From Candidatus Latescibacterota bacterium (lineage in GTDB: Bacteria; Latescibacterota; UBA2968; UBA8231), in the NCBI GenBank assembly GCA_965242865.1, contig CBDETK010000013.1:3744001-3808000 (forward strand): a DNA stretch of 64,000 nt, written 5' to 3'. Each line of letters starts with the position of its first letter. Within the stretch, counting starts at the first letter, position 1. This document shows positions 56,254 to 64,000 of this stretch, one piece after another. Made by a program: the position numbers and the translations under genes. Under the pieces are notes generated by a model. That model searched no databases and was not told where the DNA came from. It was given only the letters and a program-made list of their open reading frames with translations.

Positions 56254-57203
56254 GGCGCGTCGTCGTTCCGCCAATTAAAAGCCAAGGGATCAAGACCAAA
56301 CTGGTGCCGTGGATACAGGCCCTTGTGCCCAAAGTTGAGGGGCGGTGGATAGAGCCGTTTTTGGGTACTGGCGTCGTCGCCTTTAATGCGGGATTCAAGG
56401 CAGCCTTGCTCGGCGATACCAACCCCCATATTATCCGCTTCTATCAGCAGATTCAACAGGGCCTCATCCACCCCTCGCACGTCCGCACCTATCTCGAAAA
56501 AGAAGGGAGGCATCTGCGACAGGCCGGTCGCAATGGATATGACCACTTCACGCACATAAGGAATCGCTTCAATCGGGGCCACGATCCACTCGACTTTTTA
56601 TTTCTCTCCAGAGCGGGTTTCAATGGGATGATGCGATTCAACAAAAAAGGCGAGTGGAACATCCCCTTCTGCAAAAAGCCAGAGCGCTTCAGCCGTTCCT
56701 ACATCACCAAAATAGTGAACCAAGTCCGCGATGTGGCCTGCTTAATTCAACAGGGATGGACATTTGAGACTGCCCCATTCGAGGACGTGATTGTGCAGGC
56801 GACAGGTGACGACCTCATTTACTGCGATCCACCCTACACTGGCCGGTACGTCGATTACTACAACGGCTGGACGGAGGCCGACGAGGCGCGTCTTTGCCAA
56901 CTGCTTTCAGCGACTCCGGCGCGGTTTATTCTCTCTACGTGGCATCACAACGACTACCGAGAAAACGAAATGGTAGAGCGCCATTGGAACCAATTCAATG
57001 TCATAACCCGCGATCACTTTTACCACTCTGGTGGCAAGATAGAAAACAGGCGTTCGGTTGTCGAAGCGTTGGTTTTCAACTTTTCAGCCCACATCGAACA
57101 GCACAATCATGGCGTGGTGCCCAAGCCAGAACAGCTAATGCTGCTTGAAGAGCGGGCTGAGTATGTCACTCGGCAACTGAGGCGAGGTACGAGTAGCTTC
57201 TAG
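56250..57203 (+). CDS. N6-adenine DNA methyltransferase (Dam/M.EcoRV-like alpha class)
   Basis: PPIKSQGIKTKL, IEPFLGTG, FNGMMRFN, YCDPPY; GTGA overlap with the REase. Confidence 0.9.
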   Translation: MRRVVVPPIKSQGIKTKLVPWIQALVPKVEGRWIEPFLGTGVVAFNAGFKAALLGDTNPHIIRFYQQIQQGLIHPSHVRTYLEKEGRHLRQAGRNGYDHFTHIRNRFNRGHDPLDFLFLSRAGFNGMMRFNKKGEWNIPFCKKPERFSRSYITKIVNQVRDVACLIQQGWTFETAPFEDVIVQATGDDLIYCDPPYTGRYVDYYNGWTEADEARLCQLLSATPARFILSTWHHNDYRENEMVERHWNQFNVITRDHFYHSGGKIENRRSVVEALVFNFSAHIEQHNHGVVPKPEQLMLLEERAEYVTRQLRRGTSSF

Positions 57204-57293
57204 AACAATAAAACGAAGTCGAATATCGGCTGGACTACGTCCCGCTCAACCGGCTTTTCATCGGAATGATTCCCAAAGAAGCCATTCCAACTT

Positions 57294-58100
57294 CTAGGGC
57301 TTGTGATCCGTGTCAATCGGCACTTCGTCGTTGGCCAGAAAGCGCTCGGTGGTATTGTGGGTCGCTGGGTTGGTGCGGAAATCGGCGATCCAAGGCTGGC
57401 GGAAATAGGCCAGCTTTTCGCGCGGCAGGCCGTGCAGCACGGCCGGGGGGATCTTCAGCCGATGCCAGTGGGTGGCCAAATGCGAATAGGCGTGGAGGAC
57501 GGTGACGCGCGGGGTGTCGCGCTGCCACACCGGCCCGGCGTGGCACAAGTTCTCAGTGAAAAAAACCGCGCTGCCGGCCGGGCAAGCATACGTGGTGAGG
57601 AAGGGACTGCGCTTGCCCTCTTCCAGCGACAAATGATCCTCGTGAATGGGGAATTCCGACTTGTGGCTGCCGATCAAGAAATGGGTGCTCTGGTCTTCCA
57701 ACGCAATATCGGTCAATTCAAAAATGACCCGCACCATACCGGCGTGGATGCGCCCGTTTTTCACCCGGTAACCAAAAATGGGATCGGCTTGTCTAGGGCC
57801 GCCCCCGTGCAGCGGCCCGTGTTCCTCGCCCTTTTCGCGCCACACGCAGCCACAGCCTTCTAATCGTATATCGGGCCCGATCACTTCCCGGATCACATCG
57901 ACCACTTGGGGATGGTCGATCAGCACGCTGGCCGGGCCGCCAGGCACATCGCGGTGCTCGGGCGGCAGCGATTGGGGATCGTGTTTGATGCGGTCGATCT
58001 GCTCGACGATGGCGGCAACTTGGGCTGGCTCCAAGACGGCGGGGCGGACCAAAAAGCCGGTGAGGTCAAAGCGGAAGCGTTCTTCTTCGGTCATGGCCAT
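57294..58100 (-). CDS. PhyH-family Fe/2OG enzyme with HxG motif
   Basis: RFRFDLTGFLV, LIDHP, PLHGGG, IGSHKS, FTENLCHAG, R. Confidence 0.75.
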   Translation of the reverse strand: MAMTEEERFRFDLTGFLVRPAVLEPAQVAAIVEQIDRIKHDPQSLPPEHRDVPGGPASVLIDHPQVVDVIREVIGPDIRLEGCGCVWREKGEEHGPLHGGGPRQADPIFGYRVKNGRIHAGMVRVIFELTDIALEDQSTHFLIGSHKSEFPIHEDHLSLEEGKRSPFLTTYACPAGSAVFFTENLCHAGPVWQRDTPRVTVLHAYSHLATHWHRLKIPPAVLHGLPREKLAYFRQPWIADFRTNPATHNTTERFLANDEVPIDTDHKP

Positions 58101-58295
58101 GATATCTCTCCGGCGTTCAAGATACCCCAATCCACGGCTGCAATCAAGCACCGCGCCCACGCGGAAAAAGGCGTGGAAAAGCGGCTGGGACAGCGGGCGG
58201 AGTTCATAGCGCGATAGCCCTCTCTTTGTTAGGTTCCGGTTCCGGTGAATTGCCTGACAACCTTGGCGGACCAACTCAACGCACTGGAGGCGACC

Positions 58296-59858
58296 ATGCG
58301 AACGGCCGCGCCCAACTACGGCATTATGTACAACTGGGACGGTGCGCCCCACGGCTACAGCGAGTACCCCCAATCGCTGGCGCAGTTCCTCGACAAAGTG
58401 TACGCGCCGTTGATCGATACTCAGGTGGGTGCTCTATGCTGGTGCGTAGGCATCCACGAAGTGCCTTGGCCTTCGCAGCAATTGGATATGGTGGGCGCAG
58501 CGACCGAGCGGCGCTACGATTCAGTGCAGACGATGCGCCACACCGAAAATATCCGCGCCTTTTTCGAGCGAGGGGACGATCTGTACGGGGCGTTAGTGCA
58601 GCGCGGGCGCGAACTGGGCCTGGCGGTGCTGCCGTCGTTGCGCATGAACGACAATCACTTCTGGGATTTGCGCCCGGGCGATTTGGGCGGCTTGCAGCGG
58701 GCTGAGTTGACGCCGCTGCGGCAGCAACACCCCGAGTGGCTTTTGGGCGAGGAGCAGGCCCCGGGCTGGGCTTCGACCTCGTGGAACATGGCCATCCCCG
58801 CAGTGCGAACGCACCTCTTGCAGCGCGTCGTCGAGGCCTGTGGTTTGGCCGACTGGGACGGCGTTGAATTGGATTGGCAGCGGCACGCCTTTCACCTGCC
58901 AGCCGACGACGCGTACCGCTTGCGCTACGTCTTGACCGATCTCATGCGGGCCGTGCGGGCGCAAACCGACCGGATTGCCGCGGAGCGAGGGCGGCCCTTT
59001 TACGTGGCCGTGCGGGTGGCCACGACCTTTGAAGCCTGCCGCCGCATTGGCTACGATGTCGAGGCTTGGGTGCGGGATGGATTGTGCGATGTGGTCGTCA
59101 GCGGCGGCAATTCGGGGACCGATCCGGGGGCCGAGGTCGAGCGTTTTGTCGAATTGTGCCGTCCCCACGGCGTGCGCTTTTACGCGGGCTTTGACTCGGA
59201 CGGACGGCAGCGGGCGCGGCGACTGCGGCCCCACGAATCGTGGCGGGTGGATTGGTTCCGCGGCTTGGCGCACGACCAGTTAAGGCGCGGGGCCGATGGC
59301 GTACACGTCTTCAACTGGCACGGCCACGCCGAGACACACCGACCGTTGCTTACGACCCTAGGATCGGCAAAAACGCTGGCCGGCTTGGACAAAGTGTACA
59401 CCGCCTTGCACCGCAGCATCGGCCCCAAGACCGGGAACCGAGTGGATGCCGAGCGCGACGACCGCCTGTACGGGGAGGTGCCGGTAGAGTTGTATCCCAC
59501 GCAAACGGACAGCGGGCCGATTTTCCACATCCGCGTCGCCGACGAGGTCGAGACCGAGGGCCTGCTGGCGGCCGCCGAGTTGCAGATCGAAATGGCCCAT
59601 TGGTCGCCCCTAGATCGAATCGAAGCGCGGTTGGACAGGGCCGCGTTGGGGCCGCCGACGGTGCGCGATGCGGCGGCTGAAGATGCGGCCGACCCGAGCG
59701 AGGTGTCGGAAAACGCTTGGCTTTGCTGGTGCTTGACCGCGGCCCAGGTGAGGCGCGGCGTCCACCAAGTTCGGCTGCGGCTGCTAGGGCGCGACCGACG
59801 GCTGCGGGTGCCGTTGCGCGTCGAACACGTGGAAATCTATTTGCAGTACCGCCGGTAG
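58296..59858 (+). CDS. Glycoside-hydrolase-like TIM-barrel protein (GHL10-like)
   Basis: YNWDG, SLRMND, HPEW, DGVELDWQR, GYDVEAWV, GADGVHVFN; GGAGG RBS. Confidence 0.65.
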   Translation: MRTAAPNYGIMYNWDGAPHGYSEYPQSLAQFLDKVYAPLIDTQVGALCWCVGIHEVPWPSQQLDMVGAATERRYDSVQTMRHTENIRAFFERGDDLYGALVQRGRELGLAVLPSLRMNDNHFWDLRPGDLGGLQRAELTPLRQQHPEWLLGEEQAPGWASTSWNMAIPAVRTHLLQRVVEACGLADWDGVELDWQRHAFHLPADDAYRLRYVLTDLMRAVRAQTDRIAAERGRPFYVAVRVATTFEACRRIGYDVEAWVRDGLCDVVVSGGNSGTDPGAEVERFVELCRPHGVRFYAGFDSDGRQRARRLRPHESWRVDWFRGLAHDQLRRGADGVHVFNWHGHAETHRPLLTTLGSAKTLAGLDKVYTALHRSIGPKTGNRVDAERDDRLYGEVPVELYPTQTDSGPIFHIRVADEVETEGLLAAAELQIEMAHWSPLDRIEARLDRAALGPPTVRDAAAEDAADPSEVSENAWLCWCLTAAQVRRGVHQVRLRLLGRDRRLRVPLRVEHVEIYLQYRR

Positions 59859-59887
59859 AATTTTCGTTCATTGGAGTGAACCACTCA

Positions 59888-62236
59888 ATGCTGGGAATAG
59901 CTATATCCGCCGTTTTGGTACTGGGCCTAGGTACTGCCTACGCCCAAATCGAAAAGAGCGACCTCTACATCGGGCTGTTGCTCGATTTTGCGGCCGAGAC
60001 CGCCGATGCCGAGCGCGAGTTGGCCCCGCTGCAAGAGGAAATCCACAAGGTGCTAGGGATCAATAAGGCGGTCCACTTCCGCCCTGAGCATTTGCGTTTC
60101 TCCGCCGACCGCGAAGACTATCTGGCCCTAGCCAACGACCCCACGGTCGATCTGATCATCGCGGCCGGGCCGGCTAGCGCTGCGATGCTGGCCGCCCAAG
60201 GCGACCTGCCCAAGCCCACGATCGCCGTGGGGGTGCTAGACGTGGAGTTGCAGCAGATGCCCCTCGTCGCTCCCGGCGTCTCCGGGGTACGCAATTTTAC
60301 GTACGTCCTCAGTACCCACCCCATCCACGAGGACTTGGCGGCACTCTACCGCATCCACCCCTTTTCGCAGTTGGCCGTCATCGTCAGTGAAAATTTGCGC
60401 GGTACGCTGGATTTTGCGGACTTTTTCGACCGCCTCGTAGTGCCGTACGAGAGCCGCGTAGAGGTGGTTTTTTGGGATGCAGAAGCGTCCCTCCCGGTGC
60501 TGAGCGACGCGGTCGATGCGGTCTATCTGGCGATGGTCTTTGAGCGTTCACCCGAAGAGGTCGCCCGGCTGGCGGAGGCCCTGGTCGAGCGCAAGCTGCC
60601 TTCCTTTGCCATGAGCCTGCCTTATGTAGATGCGGGGATGATGGCCTGTATCGGCGACGAGAGTGGCCGAGACCCGATCTTACGCAACCTAGCCCTAATC
60701 GTCGAAGGGGTTGTGCTCGGAGAGGAGCTGGCGGCGATACCTGTGCGGCGCAATCTCGACGAGCAATGGGTGCTAAATGCGACAACGGTCCGACGGATCG
60801 GTCTCGACCCTTCTTTTGCAACGCTGTTTTCTGCCCGCGTACTCAAAGCCGACGAACCCATTACTGACCGGCGCTTGAGCCTACGCACGATCATCGCAGA
60901 GGGCTTGCAGCGCAACCTCGACCTCCGCATCGAAAAACGCAACGTCGATTTGGCCGACCAAAGTGTGCGCCGCGCCCAGTCGTCCCTCTTGCCCACCGTA
61001 GAGGTCTCAACCAACCTGTTGCAGCGGGACCCCGCGGTCGCCGAACGCGCCTTGGGCCAGCAGCCCGAGCGCACGGGCGCGGGTACGGGTACTGTGCGGC
61101 AGGTACTCTTTTCCGAGTCGGCCTTGGCCAACGTCCAAATTCAGCGTTATCTCGCTGAGGCTGCCCGCCATCGAGCCGATCTCGTGGCACTGGACGTGGT
61201 GCTAAACCTAGCGACGGCCTATTTCGATATCCTGCTCGCCAAGACCGGAGTGCATATTGAGGAGGAGAATATCGAAGTTTCGCTCAGCAACTTGAAGATC
61301 GCCCGCACCCGCAATGCCGTTGGCTATGCTGGCGTCGCCGACGTGTTCCGCTGGGAGAGCGAGGTGGCCCGGGCCACCCAAGCCTCGATTGAGGCCTTCA
61401 ACAACCTCTACCTAGCCAAAGTGCAACTCAACCGCTTGCTCCACCGAGCGGATATCGGCGCGGAGTTCGAGGTGGAGGACGCCCGGCTTTCCGACGATCT
61501 CTTTGGTCGTTTCGACCCGACCCGCATCGGCCTTCGGATCGACCGCCCCAGCGACGTAGAGATCCTAACCGACTTCCTCGTGCAAGAGGCCCTTAAAAAC
61601 ATGCCTTCGCTCAAACAGCTAGCGGCCAACGTGAAAGTAGCCAACCGCCGGCAGGCAATGAACCGCCGGCTGTACTACCTGCCCACAGTGTCTTTGCGGG
61701 GGCAGGCTGATTACACGTTCTGGCGCGCCGGCAAGGGGATGCCGCCGCCCGCGCCCGCGCCCATTGACGCCACTTGGAACCTAGCCCTTCAACTCACGTA
61801 TCCGCTCTTTCAGGGCAATCAGCGCAAGATCGCCATCGATCAGGCCGCTATTGAGCAGCAGCAACTCCGCCTCCAAGAGGAGAATTTGCGCCAGCAACTT
61901 TCCCAAGCCGTCCGGGTGCGGATGACGAACTTGGTGTCTAGGCAGACCAACATCCACTTTGCCGAGGTAGCGGCTACCAGTGCTCAAAAGAACTTTGAAC
62001 TGGTGCAGGATGCCTACCAAAAAGGCCAACTCGAAATCGCCCAATTGGTGGATGCCCAACGCGCCGCCCTTTCCACCCGCCAAGCGGAGGCCCGAGCCGT
62101 TTATGAATACTTGGTCAGCTATCTGCGGTTGGAAAACAGCATCGGGGCCTACACCATGTTCATGACTTCAGCCGAGCAGGCGGCCTTTGTCGGGCGCTTG
62201 ACGGCCTTCTTCTCTCAAAGAAAAAATGCACCGTGA
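59888..62236 (+). CDS. TolC-family outer membrane efflux protein with N-terminal substrate-binding-like domain
   Basis: Signal peptide; about 320-aa periplasmic-binding-like region; OEP repeats LLPTV, AYFDIL, YLPTV, PLFQG, YQKG..LVDAQ. Confidence 0.8.
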   Translation: MLGIAISAVLVLGLGTAYAQIEKSDLYIGLLLDFAAETADAERELAPLQEEIHKVLGINKAVHFRPEHLRFSADREDYLALANDPTVDLIIAAGPASAAMLAAQGDLPKPTIAVGVLDVELQQMPLVAPGVSGVRNFTYVLSTHPIHEDLAALYRIHPFSQLAVIVSENLRGTLDFADFFDRLVVPYESRVEVVFWDAEASLPVLSDAVDAVYLAMVFERSPEEVARLAEALVERKLPSFAMSLPYVDAGMMACIGDESGRDPILRNLALIVEGVVLGEELAAIPVRRNLDEQWVLNATTVRRIGLDPSFATLFSARVLKADEPITDRRLSLRTIIAEGLQRNLDLRIEKRNVDLADQSVRRAQSSLLPTVEVSTNLLQRDPAVAERALGQQPERTGAGTGTVRQVLFSESALANVQIQRYLAEAARHRADLVALDVVLNLATAYFDILLAKTGVHIEEENIEVSLSNLKIARTRNAVGYAGVADVFRWESEVARATQASIEAFNNLYLAKVQLNRLLHRADIGAEFEVEDARLSDDLFGRFDPTRIGLRIDRPSDVEILTDFLVQEALKNMPSLKQLAANVKVANRRQAMNRRLYYLPTVSLRGQADYTFWRAGKGMPPPAPAPIDATWNLALQLTYPLFQGNQRKIAIDQAAIEQQQLRLQEENLRQQLSQAVRVRMTNLVSRQTNIHFAEVAATSAQKNFELVQDAYQKGQLEIAQLVDAQRAALSTRQAEARAVYEYLVSYLRLENSIGAYTMFMTSAEQAAFVGRLTAFFSQRKNAP

Positions 62237-63339
62237 AGCGAGGTATCATGCCAAAGCGAAATTTCAAAGCGATTGGGAGCTATATTTTGGCACTGGCCCT
62301 GTGGGTTGGTTGTGGCGACGAACCGCAGGTTGCCGAGCCGATTCGCCCGGTAAAATACGCCGCAGTCCGTCCTGCCAGCACCGTCCAGAGCCAGCGTTTT
62401 GCCGGGACTGCCAAAGCGGGCATTGAGGTTAAACTCAGCTTTAGAACGGGCGGCCTCATCGACTCGATCGGCGTCAAGGTGGGCGACCCAGTCGAAGCAG
62501 GTCAGCGCATTGCCACGCTCGACAACCGCAACGCCGTCCTCGCCCATCAACAAGCCAAGGCCGTGCTAGAAAACGCCCGCGTGCAAAAGGCCAATGCCCA
62601 GTCTAGGCTCATTCGCGTGCGGCAGCTCTACCAAGCCGACAATGTGGCCCTCGCCGAGTACGAACAGGCCAAAAACGGCTTTGCCTCGGCCACGTCTAGT
62701 TACGAATCAGCCCAGAAGAGTTTGGATTTGCAGGAGTACCAACTAGGGTACAACGAGATATACGCCCCGGTCGCCGGCCTAGTCACCGCGATCCACAACG
62801 AGGTCAACGAAGTGATCCAAGCCGGTGCGCCCTTGGTGGAATTGAGCGCGGGTGAGGACATTGAAATGCGCGTAGGGGTGCCCGAGGGCTATATCGCCCA
62901 AATCCAGACCGGCGAGCCGGTGCGCGTGCGTTTTTCGGCCCTGCCCGGACTCAATTTTGCGGCTCGGGTCCGCGAAATATCCTACGCACTCGATGCCTCC
63001 AGCACGTATCCGGTCATAGTGCGCCTCGACGCCCCTGATCCCGCCATCCGGCCCGGTATGGCTGGCGAGGTGGAGTTTCGCTTTGGCGCCGACGGGCCAT
63101 CGGACCCGCTCGTGGTGCCCGTCAAAGCAGTCGGGGAAGACGCCAACGGCCAATACGTCTTTGTCATAGACGAGGTCGCCGAGGGCTTGGGTACGGTCCA
63201 CCGCCGGCCGATCCGCATCGGCAAACTGTTGGCTGACGGTTTTGTCGTGGAAGACGGACTCGCTGAACGAGAGTGGGTCGCGACCGCGGGCCGCCGCTCG
63301 CTCTTGAGTGGGATGAAGGTGCGCCTTTTGGCAGAGTGA
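62233..63339 (+). CDS. RND/efflux periplasmic adaptor (MFP)
   Basis: LSFRTGG..VKVGD, IYAPVAG, IRPGM, VPVKAV, GLAERE..G. Confidence 0.9.
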   Translation: MKRGIMPKRNFKAIGSYILALALWVGCGDEPQVAEPIRPVKYAAVRPASTVQSQRFAGTAKAGIEVKLSFRTGGLIDSIGVKVGDPVEAGQRIATLDNRNAVLAHQQAKAVLENARVQKANAQSRLIRVRQLYQADNVALAEYEQAKNGFASATSSYESAQKSLDLQEYQLGYNEIYAPVAGLVTAIHNEVNEVIQAGAPLVELSAGEDIEMRVGVPEGYIAQIQTGEPVRVRFSALPGLNFAARVREISYALDASSTYPVIVRLDAPDPAIRPGMAGEVEFRFGADGPSDPLVVPVKAVGEDANGQYVFVIDEVAEGLGTVHRRPIRIGKLLADGFVVEDGLAEREWVATAGRRSLLSGMKVRLLAE

Positions 63340-63424
63340 GGTGCTAGCTTTATAAAAAGCCGCCTCCAGAGAACGTCCCGGCAATTTAGGTGGCAACGGG
63401 CCAAGTGAAAAAGGAGATGGACGG

Positions 63425-64000
63425 ATGAAGTGCCTGATTGAAGGTCTCATGGTCTTATTGGCTGTCGTCCCGGCAAGGGCCGAGGGCCAGATCGAGGGTC
63501 GAGTGCGGCTGGATTCCGGGGCCCCGGTCGCTGGGGCGCAGGTGCTGCTGTTTGAACTGGTCAACCTGCGTGCGGCACCAGTGGGAACGACTACCGATCA
63601 GACGGGGTACTTCGCCGTACCTCTGAGGTCCCGGCAAGGTAGAGCATCGGTATCGCCGGAGCGGTTTGACCTAGGGCAGAATTATCCCAATCCGTTCAAC
63701 CCTTCCACCATCATTCCCTACCAACTCTCGGCTGCGACACAGGTGCGGCTCGACGTGTTCAACCTCCTAGGGCAGCGGATTGCGACCCTAGTTGACGAGG
63801 AACGACCAGCCGGTTTTCACACGGCGCGTTGGCATGCCACGGACGCGGCAGAGCGCACGGTGGGCGCAGGAGTCTATTTCTACCGGCTGACCGCCGGCGG
63901 GGAGCATTTGACCCGTCGCATGGTGTTGATCGACGGGCAGGTGGGGGTCCCGGTTGGAACGGCTTCGGGGGGTTCGAGAGTCGGGGTCGCGGAAGCTGTA
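63425..64000 (+). CDS. Secreted protein (3'-truncated by window) with N-proximal FlgD/T9SS-CTD-like domain
   Basis: AAGGAG RBS; MKCLIEGLMVLLAVVPARAEG signal; LGQNYPNPFNPSTIIPY..FNLLGQRIATLV..GVYFYRL; open to the window end. Confidence 0.75.
   Translation, partial: MKCLIEGLMVLLAVVPARAEGQIEGRVRLDSGAPVAGAQVLLFELVNLRAAPVGTTTDQTGYFAVPLRSRQGRASVSPERFDLGQNYPNPFNPSTIIPYQLSAATQVRLDVFNLLGQRIATLVDEERPAGFHTARWHATDAAERTVGAGVYFYRLTAGGEHLTRRMVLIDGQVGVPVGTASGGSRVGVAEAV

Noticed and set aside
63375-63637. Three copies of GTCCCGGCAA
   Set aside because: Irregular spacing and two lie in coding sequence; no function can be supported.

Overview
GC-rich bacterial chromosomal window with about 55 genes. Repeated PhyH-family dioxygenases and secreted proteins with FlgD/T9SS-CTD-like domains suggest an FCB-group organism such as Ca. 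Latescibacterota (inference only). Most genes are catabolic or housekeeping: a CoA-transferase/crotonase/RraA cluster, sugar ABC transporter, enolase-family dehydratase, GH13, nfeD-nfeD-floA, hrpA, tRNA-Leu(CAA), cdaA, an rpoZ-like gene, an AKR-SIS-SDR-ROK-MetE-like cluster and TolC+MFP. Interleaved with these are defence-type accessory modules: two AAA+nuclease genes, HEPN/MNT, HicAB, a VapC remnant and an EcoRV-like R-M pair. No integrase, transposase or CRISPR array was seen. Most notable: (1) a low-GC NDK-like gene between two copies of a REP-hairpin + promoter unit, resembling a captured cassette; (2) window-wide replacement of CCWGG by its 5mC-deamination products; (3) a PhyH paralogue with an HxG (halogenase-type) motif; (4) a membrane-anchored coiled coil built from 75/54-nt tandem units behind a sigma54-type motif; (5) promoterless TA modules plugged into an operon. 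All calls come from motifs read by eye; no searches were run.
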